NCBI RefSeq assembly: GCF_009914755.1
Contig: NC_060936.1
Origin: the human T2T-CHM13v2.0 reference genome, Homo sapiens
Strand: one strand, 5' to 3'
DNA: 64,000 nucleotides
Part shown: positions 10,301 to 22,300 of the stretch, piece after piece
Numbering within the stretch: the first letter of the stretch is position 1
Layout of the letters: every line of letters starts with the position of its first letter
Notes under the pieces: model-generated
The model's database searches: none
Told to the model about the DNA's origin: nothing
What the model saw: the letters and a program-made list of their open reading frames with translations, nothing else
Translations under genes and position numbers: made by a program

Positions 10301-13300
10301 GAGGCACTTTCGCTCGTGGAAGGGACGTCTGCCACGCCGTTTGTGTTTTCCTTCCACAACACAGGTGCCTCGACCTCCCTTTTCTAGCCTTCCTGCTGCC
10401 TTGGGCTGGCCCTCGTGGGCTGAGGTGCTCCATGAGCATGAACCAGGGACACCCAGGGACACCCAGGAACACTTGGGCCCTGCGCATGCGCGGTGGGGTG
10501 GCACTTTCGCCCGTGGTGGGTGATCTCTGCCTAGCCGTTTGTGTTTTCCTTCCACAACACAGGTGCCTCGACCTCCCCTTTCAAGCTTTCCTGCCGCCAC
10601 GGGCTGGCCTCGCGGGCACGAGACATTTCATAGGCATGAACCAGGGATATGCAGGGTCCCTTGGGGCCTGCGCATGCACGGTGGGGAGGCACTTTCGCCC
10701 GTTGGGGAGACCTTTGCCGTGACGTTTCTGTATTCCTTCACAATAAAGATGCCTGGACCTCCCATTTCAAACCTTCCTGCCGCCTTCAGCTGGCCGCCTT
10801 GGGCCGAAGCGCTCTGTCGACATGAACCAGGGACGTCCGGGGTCCGCTGGGCAACATGCATGCGTGGTGGGGAGGCACTTTCGCCCGTGGTGGGGGGGAC
10901 CTCTGCCCCGCCGTTTGTGTTTTCCTTCCACAACACAGGTGACTCGCCTTCCCTATTCAAGCATTCGTGCAGCCTTCGGCTGGCCCCCATGGGCCCGAGG
11001 TGCTCCGTGAGCACGAGCTAGGGATGCCCAGGGTCCCTTGGGCCCATCGCATTTGCAGTGGTGAGGTACTTTCTCTCGTTGGGGGTGACCTCTGCTGCGC
11101 CGTTTCTGTTTTCCTTCCACAACACAGGTGCCTCGACCTCCCCTTTCAAGAATTCCTGCCGCCTTGGGCTGGCCCTGTTGGCTGAGGCCCTCCATGGGCT
11201 TGAACCAGGGATGCTCAGCATCCCCTGTGCACCAGGCATGCGCAGTGGGGAGGCACTTCCGCCGGTGATGGGGACCTCTGCCTCGCCGATTGTGTTTTCC
11301 TCCCCAACAGAGGTGCTTCGACCTCCCCTTTCAAGCATTCCTGCTGCCTTGGGCTGAACCCCATGGGCCCAGGGCGCTCCGTGGGCATGAACCAGGGACG
11401 CCCAGGGTCCCGTGGGCCCCACGCATTCACAGTGTTGAGGCACTTTCGCCCTTAAGGGGGGACCTCTGCCTGGCCGTTTGTGTTTTTCTTCCGCAAAACA
11501 GGTGCCTTGATCTCCCCTTTTAAATGTTCCTGCCGCTTTGGCTGGCATCCTTGTGCCCAAGGCGCTCCATGGGCATGAACCAGGGATGCTCACGGTCCCC
11601 TGGGCCCCGCACATGCGCGGTGCGAAGGCACTTTCGCCCGTTGAGGGGTAACTCTGTGGCGCCATTAGTGTTTTCCTTCCACAACACAGGTGCCTCGACC
11701 TCCCCTTTCAAGACTTCCTGCCGCCTTGGGCTGGCCCTCGTGGGCTCGAGTTGCTCCTTAGGCGTGAATTAGTGTCCTCCAGGGACCCCTGGGCCTTGCG
11801 CATGAGCGGTGGGGAGGCACTTTCTCCTGTGGCGGGGGGACCTCTGCCGAGCCGTTTGTGTTTTCGTTCCACAACACAGGTGCCTCAACCTCCACTTTCA
11901 AGCCTTCCTGCCACCTTGTGCTTGTCTCCGTGGGCCCAAGGCGCTCCGTAGGCGAGTACCAGGGATGCCCATGGTCCCCTGGGCCCCACCCATGCGCGGC
12001 GGGGAGGCACTTTCGCCAGTGGGGGGGGGACATCTGCTGTGCCGTTTGTGTTTTCCTTCCACAACACAGGTGTCCCGACCTCACCTTTCAAGCCTTCCTG
12101 CCACCTTAGGCTGGCTCCCGTGGGCCCACGGCACTCTGTGGGCATGAGCCTGAGATGCCCAGGGTCCCCTGGGCCCCATGCATGCATGGTGGGGACCGAC
12201 TTTCTCCCATGGGTGGGACCTCTGCCGTGCCATTTGTGTTTTCCTTCCTCATCACAGTTGCCTCGACCTCCCTTTTCAAGCCTTCCTACCGCTTGGGCTG
12301 TCCCCTGTGGTACCGAGGCGCTCTGTGGGCATGAAAAAGAGACGCCCAGGGTCCCCTAGGCCTGGCGCATTTGCGGAGGGGAGGCACTTTCTCCCATGGG
12401 GGTCACTGCTCCCGCGCTGTTTGTTTTCGTTTGAAAACACAGGTGCCTCAACCTCCCCTTTCAAGTTTTCCTGAGCCTTGGGCTGTCCCTTGTAGGCCGA
12501 GGCGCTCAGTGGGCATGAAGCAGGGATGCCCAGGGTCCCCTGGGCCCCACACATGCCTGGTGGAGAGGCATTTTTGCCCGTAGGGGGATCCTCTGCCGGG
12601 CCGTTTGTGTTTTCCTTCCACACCACAGGTGCCTCGATCTCCCCTTTCAAGCCTTCCTGCCGCCTTGGGCTGGCCCCCATGAGCCAAAGGCACTCCCTGG
12701 GCATGATCCAGGGATGCCCAGGGTCCCCTAGGCCCCACACATGCGCGATGGGGAGGCCCTTGCACCCGTCGGGGGGGGTCCTCTGCCGTGCCATTTCTGT
12801 TTTCCTTCCACACCACAGTTGCCTCGACTTCCTGTTTCAAGCCTTCCTGCCTCATTGGGCCTAACCTCGTGAGCCTGAGGCCCACCCTGGGCATGAACCA
12901 CAGAATTCAGGGTACCCTGGCTTCATGCATGTGCGGTGGGGAAGCAATTTGGCCCGTGGGGGGGAAGCTCTGCTGCGCAGTTTGTGTTTTCCTCCTACAC
13001 CACTGGTGCCTCGACCTCCCATTTCAAGACTTCCTGCAGCCTTGCGCTGAGTCCTGTGGGCCGCGGGGCTCCATGGGCGTGAACCTGGGATGCCCAGGGT
13101 CCCCTGGACCCTGCCCATCGGCGGAAGGAAGGCATTTTCACCCGTGGCAGGGGAACTTTGCCTCAACGTTTGTGTTCTCCTTCCAAACCATAGGTGACTC
13201 GACCTCCCATTTCAAGACTTCCAGCCGCCTTGGGCTGGTTCCTGTGGTCCAAGGCACTCCATGGGTGCGAATCAGGGAGGCCCAGGGACCCTTGGGCCCC

Positions 13301-16300
13301 GTGCATGCATGGTGGAGGGCACTTTGGCCCGTGGGGGGGACCTCTGCCTCGCCGTTTGTGTTGTCCTTCCACACCACAGGTGCCTCGACATCCCCTTTCA
13401 AGCCTTCCTGCGGTTTGGCTGACCTCTGTGGGGCCGAGGCGCTCTATGGGCAAGAAACAGGAACGCCTAGGGTCCACTGGGCCCCACACATGCACGGTGG
13501 GGAGTCACTTTAACCCGTGGGTTGGACCTTTGCCTTGCCGTTTATGTTTTCCTTCCACAACACAGGTGTCTCGACCTCCAATTTCAGGCATACTTACCGC
13601 CTCGGGCTGGCCCCTGTGGATCCGAGACGCTCAGTGGGCATGAATCAGGAACCCCTAGGTTCCCATGGGTCCCACAGATGCTACGTGGGGAGGCACTTTC
13701 GCCCGTGACAGGGGACCACTACCTCGCCGTTTGTGTTTTCCTTCCACAACACAGGTGCCTCGACCTCCCCTTTCAAGCCTTCCTGTCACCTTGGCTGGCC
13801 CCCATGGGCACAAGGCACTAAGTGGGTGTGAACCACAGATGCCCAGGCTTCCATGGGAGCCCCGCATGCGGGGTGGGGAGGCATTTCGCCAGTCGGTGGG
13901 GACCTCAGCCGCCCCATTTTTGTTTTCCTTCTACACAACTGGTGCCTCGACCTTTCTTTTCAAGATTTCCTGAGGCCTTGGGCTGCCCCCCCACCCTTGG
14001 CCGAGACGCACCATGGGGGTGAACCAGGGACACCCAGGGTCCCCTGGACCCTGCGTATGCACAGTGGGGAGGCACTTTCGCCCATGGAGTGGGACGACGG
14101 CCTTGCTGTTTCTGTTTCCCTTCCACAAAACCTTTGCCTCGACCTCCCCTTTCAAGCTTTCCTGACACCTTGGGATGGACGCCGTGGGACCAAGACGCTC
14201 TGTGGTTGCAAACCAGGGACACCCAGGGTCCCTAAGCCCAGCGCCTGAGCAGTGGGGAGGCACTTTCGCTCGTGGGGTGATCCTCTGCTGCCCCGTTTGT
14301 GTTTTCCTTCCACACCACAGGTGCCTCGACCTCCCCTTTGAAGCCTTCCTGCTGCCTTGGGCTGGCCCCCGTGGGACGAGGTGCTCCATGGGCCAAATCC
14401 AGGGTCCCCTGGGCCCCACAAATGCACCGTGGGGAGGCACTTTCGCCTCTGGGTCCTTACCTCTTCCACACCGTTTGTGTTTTCCTTCCAAAACACGGGT
14501 GCCTCGACCTGCCCTTTCAAGCCTTCCTGCCGCCTTGGGCTGGCCCCCTTGGGCCCGAGGCACTCCACCGTGTGAACCAGGGATTCCCCGGGTCCCCTGT
14601 TCCCGGAGTATTCATGGTACGGAGGCACTTTCTCCTGTGGAGGGGACCGCTGCCTCGCCATTTGTGTTTTCCTTTCACAACACAGGTGCCTCGACCTCCC
14701 CTTTCAAGACTTTCTGCCACCTTGGGCTGGCATGCGTTGGCCCACGGGGCTCCATGAGCATGAATCAGGGATTTCCAGGGCCCCCTGGGGCCTGGGCATG
14801 TGCGGTGGGGAGACACTTTCGCCCTTGGGCGGGGGGAACCACTCCCTCGGTGTTTGTTTCCCTTCCACAACACAGGTGCCTCAACCTCCCCATTCAAGCA
14901 TTCCTGACACCTTGGGCTGGCCCCCGTGGGCCGAGGCACTCCATGGGTGTGAATCAGGGACACTCAGGGTCCCCTCAGCCACACACATGCACGGTGGGGA
15001 GGCACTTTCGCCCGTGGGGGGACCTCTGCCTCTCCGTTTGTTTTCCTTCCACAAAACAGGTGCTCCGACCTCCCATTTCAAGCAATACTGGCGACTTGGT
15101 CTGGCCTGCGTGGACAGTAGGCGCTCCGTGGGCATGAGTCAGGGACGCCCACGGTCCCCTGGACCCCACTCATGCGCGGTGGAGAAGCACTTCCTTCCGT
15201 GTGGGGGGACCTCTTCCTCGCCGTTTGTTTTCCTGCCACAACACAAGTGCCTCGACCTCTCCATTCAAGCTTTCCTGCTGCTTCGGGCCGGCCCCCGTGG
15301 GCCCAAGGCGCACCGTGGGTGCGAACCAGGGACACTCAGGGTCCCCATGGCCCCACGCATGCGCTCTGGGGAGGCAGTTTAGCCCGTGGGGGGGGCCTCT
15401 GCCTCGCCGTTTGTGTTTTCCCACCACAATACAGGTGCCTCGACCTCCCCTTTCAAGCCTTCCTGCCACCTTACGCTGGCCCTCGTGGGCCCGAGGCACT
15501 CCGTGGACATGAACCAGGGACGACCACGGTACCCTGGGCCCCTCACATGAGTGGTGGGGCGGCACATTCTCCCGTGGCAGGGGACCTCTGTCTCGCCATC
15601 TCTGCGTTCCTTACTCAACACAGGTGTTTCGACCTCCCTTTTCAAGCCTTCCTGCCTCATTGGGCTGGCCCCCATGGGCCCGGCGCACTCCATAGGCGTG
15701 AATCAGGGAAGCCCAGGGTCCCTAGGGCCCCACGCATGCGCGGTGGGGAGGCACTTTCACCCGTGGAGTGGGGGACCTCTGCCTCGCCATTTGTTTTCCT
15801 TCCACAACACAGCTGCCTCGTCCTCCTCTTTCAAGCCTTCCTGCCGCCTTGGCCTGGCCCCCCTGAGCCCGAGGCCCCCTGAAGGCACGAACTAGGGATA
15901 CCCAGGGTCCCCTTGGCCCTGTGCATGTGCGGTGGGGAGGCACTTTCGCCCGTGGTTGGGGACCTCTGCCTCGCCGTTTGTGTTTTTCTTCCACAACACA
16001 GGGGCCTCGGTCTCCCATTTCGAGCCTTCCTGCTCTCTTTGGCTGGCCTCTGTGGGCTCAAGGCATTCCGTGGGCGTGAACCAGGGATGCCCTGGGTTCC
16101 CTTGCCCTGAGCATTCGCAGTGGGGCGGCGCTTTCGCCCGTGGGAGGGGACCTCTACCTCCCCGTTTGCCCAGGGTCCCCTGGGCCCCACACATGCTTGG
16201 TGGGGAGGCACGTTCGCCCGTGGTGTGGCACCTCTGCCTTGCTATTTGTGTTTTCCTTCCACAGAAGCAGTGTCTCGACCTCCCCTATCACGCCTTCCTG

Positions 16301-19300
16301 CCACTTTAGTCCGGCCCCCGTGGGCCTGAGATGCTCTGTGGGCGTGAACTAGGGATGCCCAGGGTCCCATGGGCACCACGCAAGCGCTCTGGGGAGGCAC
16401 TTTCGACCGTGGGTGGGGATCTCTGCCTTGTTGTTTGGGTTTTCCTTCCACAACAAAGTTGCCTTGACCTCCCATTTCAGGCCTTCCTGCCGTCTTGGGC
16501 TGGCCCCCGTGGGCCCGAGGTGCTCCGTGTATGGGAACCACGGAGACCCGGGATCCACTGGGCCCAGCCCATGCGCGGTGGGGAGAGACTTTCGTTCGTG
16601 TGGTGTGACATCTGCCTCGGTGTTTCTGTTTTCCTTGCACAACACAGGTGATTCGACCTCCCCTTTCAAGCATTCCTGCCGCCTTGGGCTGGACCCCGTG
16701 GGCGGAGGCACTCTTTGTGCATGAATCAGTGACGACCAGGGTCCCCTGGGCCCCGCGCATGCGTGGTGGGGAGGCACGTTCGCCCTTGGAGGGGGAACTC
16801 TTTCTCATGGTTTGTGTTTTCCTTCCACAACACAGATGCCTCGACCTCCCCTTTCAAGACTTCCTGCCGCCTTGGGCTGGCCCCCGTGGACCCTACGTAC
16901 TCTATGGGTGCGAAGCAGGGACGCCCAGAGTCCCCTGGGCCCTGCGCATGCACGGTGGGGAGGCACTTTCGCCTGTGGCGGAGACCTCTAACTCGCCGTT
17001 TGCGTTTTCCTTCCACACTTCAGGTGCCTCGACCTCCCCTTTCAAGCCTTCCGGCTGCCTTGGGCTGGCCCCCTTGGGCTCGAGGCGCTACGTGGGCACC
17101 ATCCAGGGACGCCCTGCGCCCCATGCATGCGGAGTGGGGAGGCAGTTTCCCCCGGGGGTGGCGTACCTCTGCAGCGCCATTTGTTTTTTTCTTCCACACC
17201 ATAGTTGCCTCGACCTTCCCATTGAAGCCTTCCTGCCGCCTTGGGCTGGCCCCTGTGTGCCGAAGTGCTGTGTGGGCATGAACGAGGGACGCTGAGTGTC
17301 CTCTGGTCCCCACGCATGTGCCGTGGGGGGCACTTTCGCCCTTGGGCGGGACCTCTGCCTCGCCGTTTGTGTTTTCCTTCCAGAAGACAGGTGCCTCGAC
17401 CTCCCCATTCAAGCTTTCCAACCGCCTTGGGCTGGCCCCCGTGGGACCAAGGCACTCCCCAGGCATGAAACAGGGACGCCCAGGGTGCCCTGGGCCCATG
17501 GCATGTGCAGTGGTGAGGCACTTTCTTCCGTTGGGGGTGACCTCTGCCGCGCCGTTACTGTTTTCCTTCCACAACACGGGTGCCTCAACCTCCCCTTTAA
17601 GCCTTCCTGCTGCCTTGGGCTGTCCCCGTGGGCCCGAGGCGCTCCGTGGGTGTGAACCAGGGACACGCAGGTTCCCCTGGGCCCTGCACATGTGTGGTGG
17701 GAAGGAATTTTCGCCTGTGGGCTGGGACCTCTGCCTCGCCGTTTGTGTTTTCCTTCCATAACAAAGGTGTCTTGACCTCCCATTTCAGGACTTCCTGCCT
17801 TCTTGGGCTGGCCTCCGTGGGCCCGCAGTGCTCCGTGCGTGGGAACCAGGGACGGATCCACTGGACCCCGTGTAAGTGTGGTGGGGAGGCACCTTCACCC
17901 ATGGAGGGGGACCACGGCCTCCCTGTTTCTGTTTTCCTTCCACAACACGCGTGCCTCGACCTCCCCTTTCAAGCTTTCCTGCCACCTTGGGCTGGACCCC
18001 GTGGGACTGGGACTGAGGCGCTCTGTGGTTGCAAACCAGGGACACTCAGCATCCCCTGGGCCCCCTGCGTGCACGTTGATGAGGCACTTTCCCCCATGGG
18101 GGGGCACCACTGCTGCGCTGTTTGTGTTTTCCCTCCACACCACAGGTGCCTCGAACTTCCCTTTTCAAGCCTTCCTGCCGCTTTGGGCTGGCCCCCATAG
18201 GCCCGAGGCACTCCGTGGGCACGAAACTGGGATGCCCAGGGTCCCCGGGCCTTGTGCAAGCACGGTGGGGAGGCACTTTCGCCCGTGGTAGGCCTCTTCT
18301 TCACCCTTTTTCTTTTCCTTCCACAACGCAGGTGCCTCGACCTCCCATTTCAGGCCCTCCTGCCGCCTTGGGCTGGCCGCCATGGGCCGAGACGCTAGAT
18401 AGGTGGAAACCAGGGGTGCCAAGGGTCCCCTGGGCCACACACATGCCCGGTGAGGGGGCTCTTTCGCCCGTGCGTTGGGACCTCTGCCTCGCCATTTGTG
18501 TTTTCCTTCTACAACAGAGCTGCCTCGACCTCCCCTTTCAAGCCTTCCTGCAGCTTTGGGCTTGACGCCTGGGCCTGAGGTACTCTGAGGGCATGAACCA
18601 GGGACGCCCAGGTTCCCCTTGGTCCCACGCATGCGGGGTAGGGAGGCACTTTCGCTCGTGGCTGGGGACCGATACCTCGCCGTTTGCATTTTCCTTCCAC
18701 TACACAGGGATCTCGGTCTCCCGTTTCAAGCCTTCCTGCTCTCTTGGGCTGGCCTCCGTGGGCTCAAGGCATTCAGTGGGCACGAACCAGGGATGCCCTG
18801 TGTGCCCTTGCCCCTGAGCATTCGCGGTGGGGGGCATTTTCGCTGGTGGAAGGGGACCTCTGCCTCCCCGTTTTTGTTTTCCTTCCACAACACAGGTGCC
18901 TCGCCCTCCTCTTTCAAGCATTCCTGATGCCTTGCGCTGGCCCCCGGGGGCCCGATGCACTCCATGGGCGTGAACAAGGGATGCCCAGGGTCCCCTGGGC
19001 CCCACGCATGCTTGGTGGGGAGGCACGTTCTCCCGTGGGGGGGGGGCTCTGCCTTGCTATTTGTGTTTTCCTTCCACAACAGAGGTGCCTCGACCTCCCC
19101 TATCACGCCTTCCTGCTCCCTTAGTCCGGCCCCTGTGGGCCCGAGACGCTCTGTTCACTTGAACTAGAGATGCCCAGGGTCTCTTGGGCACCATGCATAC
19201 GCGTTGGGGATCTCTGCCTCGTTGTTTGTGTTTTCTTCCACAGCAAATGTTCCTCGACCTCCCATTTCAGGCCTTCCTGCCGTCTTGGGCTGGCCCCCGT

Positions 19301-22300
19301 GGGCCCTCCATGCGTGGGAACCAGGGATGCCCAGGATCCACTGGGCCCAGCCCATGCGCGGTGGGGAGAGACTTTCCTCCGTTTGGTGAGACATCTGCCT
19401 CGCTCTTTCTCTTATCCTTGCACAACACAGGTGCCTCGACTTCCCCTATCAAGCCTTCCTGCTGCCTTGGGCTGGCCCCCGTGGGCCTGAGGCGCCACGT
19501 GGGCATGATCCAGGGATGCCCTGGGCCCCGTGCATGCGCGGTGGGGACGGTGAGGAGGCACTTTCGCCCGTGGTTAGGGACCTCTGCCTCACCGTTTGTT
19601 TTCCCTCCACAACACAGGGGCCTCGGTCTCCCATTTCAAGCCTTCCTTCTCTCTTGGGCTGGCTTCCGTGGGCTCAAGGCATTCCGTGGGCATGAACCAG
19701 GGAAACCCTGGGTTCCCTTGTCCCCGAGCATTTGCGGTGGGCAGGCACTTTCGCCTGTGGTGTTGGACCTCTGCCGCGCTGTTTGAGTTTTCCTGCCACA
19801 ACACAGGTGCCTCGACCTCCCCTTTCAAGCCTTCCCGCCGCCTTGGGCTGGCCCTGGTGGACTGTAGGCACTCCGTGGCCATGAGTCAGGGATGCCAAGG
19901 GTCCCCTGGGCCCCGCGCATGCTCAGTAGAGAGGCAATGCCTCCCATGTTGGGGGACCTCTGCCTCGCCGTTTGTGTTTTCCTTCCACAGCACAGCTGCC
20001 TCGACCTCCCCTTACCAGACTTCCTGCACCTTGGGCTGGCCCCCGTGGGCCCGAGGCACTCAGTGGGAGTGAACCAGGGATGCCCGGGTGCCCTGAGATC
20101 CGCGTATGCACGGTGGGGAGGAACTGTCCCCCATGGGGGTGACCTCTCCCTCGCCTTTTGCGTTTCCCTTCCACATCACAGGCGCCTCGACCTACCATTT
20201 CAAGCCTTCCTGCCACGTTGGGCTGGCCTCTGTGGGGCTGCGGGGCTCTGTGGGCATAAACCAGGGTTGCCCACAGTCCCCTGGGGCCTGGGCATGCGTG
20301 GTGGAGAGACACTTTTGCCCTTTGCATGGACCACTGCCTCGGCATTTGTTTCCCTTCCACAACACAGGTGCCTCGACCTCCCCATTCAAGACTTCCTGCC
20401 AACTTGGGCTGGCCTCCGTGGGCCAAGGTTCCCCGTGGGTGTGAACCAGCGATTCCCAGGGTCCCCTGGGCCACATGCATGCATGGTGGGTAGGCACTTT
20501 CGCCAGTGGTGTGTACCTCTGCCTAGCCGTTTGTGTTTTCCTTCCACAACACAGCTGCCTCGATCTCCCATTTCATGCCCTCCTGGCGACTTGGTCTGGA
20601 TCTCGTGGGCCCGAGGCTCGCCCTGGGTGTGAATCCATGGGCCCCATGCATGCGCGGTGGAGAGGCACTTCCGCCTGTGTGGGGGGACTTCTGCCTCGCC
20701 GTTTGTGTTTTCCTCCCACAAAACAGCTGCCACGACCTCCACTTTCAAGTCTTCGTGCACCTTGGGCTAGCCGCCTTTGGCCGGAGGCACTCAGTGTGTG
20801 CGAACCAGGGATGCGCGGGGTCCCCTGGGCCCTGCGTATGCGCGGTGGGGAGGCACTTCTGCCGTGGGGGTGACCTCTGCCTAGCCGTTTGTATTTCCCT
20901 TCCACAGCACAGGTGCCTCGACATCCCATTTCAAGCCTTCCTGCCGCCTTGGACTGGCTCCCGTTGGCCGAAGGTGCTCCTTGGGCGGGAACTAGGGATG
21001 CCCAGGGTGTCCTGGGACTCGTGCATGCACGGTGGGGAGGCACTTTTACCCGTGGTGCGGGACCTCTGCCTCGCCATTTGCGTTTTCCTTCCACACCTCA
21101 TGTGCCTCGACCTCCCCTTTCAAGGCATTCTGCCACCTTGGGCTGGCCCTTGTGGTCCCGAGGCACTCCATGGGCATGAACCAGGGACACCCAGGGTCCC
21201 CTGGGTCCCGTGCATGTGCGGTGGAGAGGAACCTTCACCCGTCGGGGGGACCCCTGCCTCTCTATTTCTGTTTTCCTTCCACAACACAGGTGCCTCGACC
21301 TCCCCTGTCAAGCCTTCCTGCTGCCTTGCGCTGGCTTCCGTGGGCTTGTGGCGCTCTGCAGGCATGAACCAGGGCCGCCCACGGTCACTTGGGCCCCAGG
21401 CATGCGTGGAGGGGAGACATTTCCGCCCCTGGGTGGGGACCACTTCCTCGGCATTTGTGTTTCCCTTCCACAACACAGGTGCCTCGACCTCCCCATTCCA
21501 GATTTCCTGTAGCCTTAGGCTGGACCCCGTGTGCCAAGGCTCTCCATGAGTGCGAAACAGGGACGCCCAGGGTCCCCTGGGCCACATGCATGAACGGTGG
21601 GGAAGCACTTTCACCCGTGTGGGGGAAACTCTGCCTCGCCATTTTTGTTTTCCTTCCATAACACAGGTGCCTCGACCTCCCCTTTCATGCATTCCTGCCG
21701 CCTTGGTCTGGCCCCCATGGGCCAGAGTCACTCCATGGGTATGTACCAGGGATGTCCAAGGTCCCCTGGGCCCCACGCATGCGCGGTGGGGAGAAACTTT
21801 CGCCTGTGGGGGGGACCTCTGTATTGCCATTTGTGTTTTCCTTCCACAACACAGGTGCCTCGACCTCCCCTTTCAAGCCTTCCTGCCTACTTGGGTTGGC
21901 CCTTGTGGTCCGAGGTGCTCAGTGGGCACATACCAGGGATGTGCAGGGTCCCCTGGGCCCTGCGCCTGCGCCATGGGGAGGCACTTTCGCCAGTGGGGTG
22001 ATCGTTTGCCGTGCCAAATATTTTTTCCTTCCACAACACAGGTGCCTCGACCTCCCCTTTCAAGACTTCCTGCAGACTTGGGCTGGTCCCTGTGGGCCCA
22101 AGGCTCTCCGTGGGCATGATCCAGGGACGCCCAGGGTCCCCTGGGCCGTGCACATGAGCGACGGGGAGGTACTTTCGCCAGTGGGGGGGACCTCTGCCTT
22201 GCCGTTTGTGTTTTCCGTCTGCTACACAGGAGACTCGACCTCCCATTTGTAGCTTTCCTGCCACCTTGGGCTGGCCCCTGTGGGCTGAGGCGCTCAGTGG

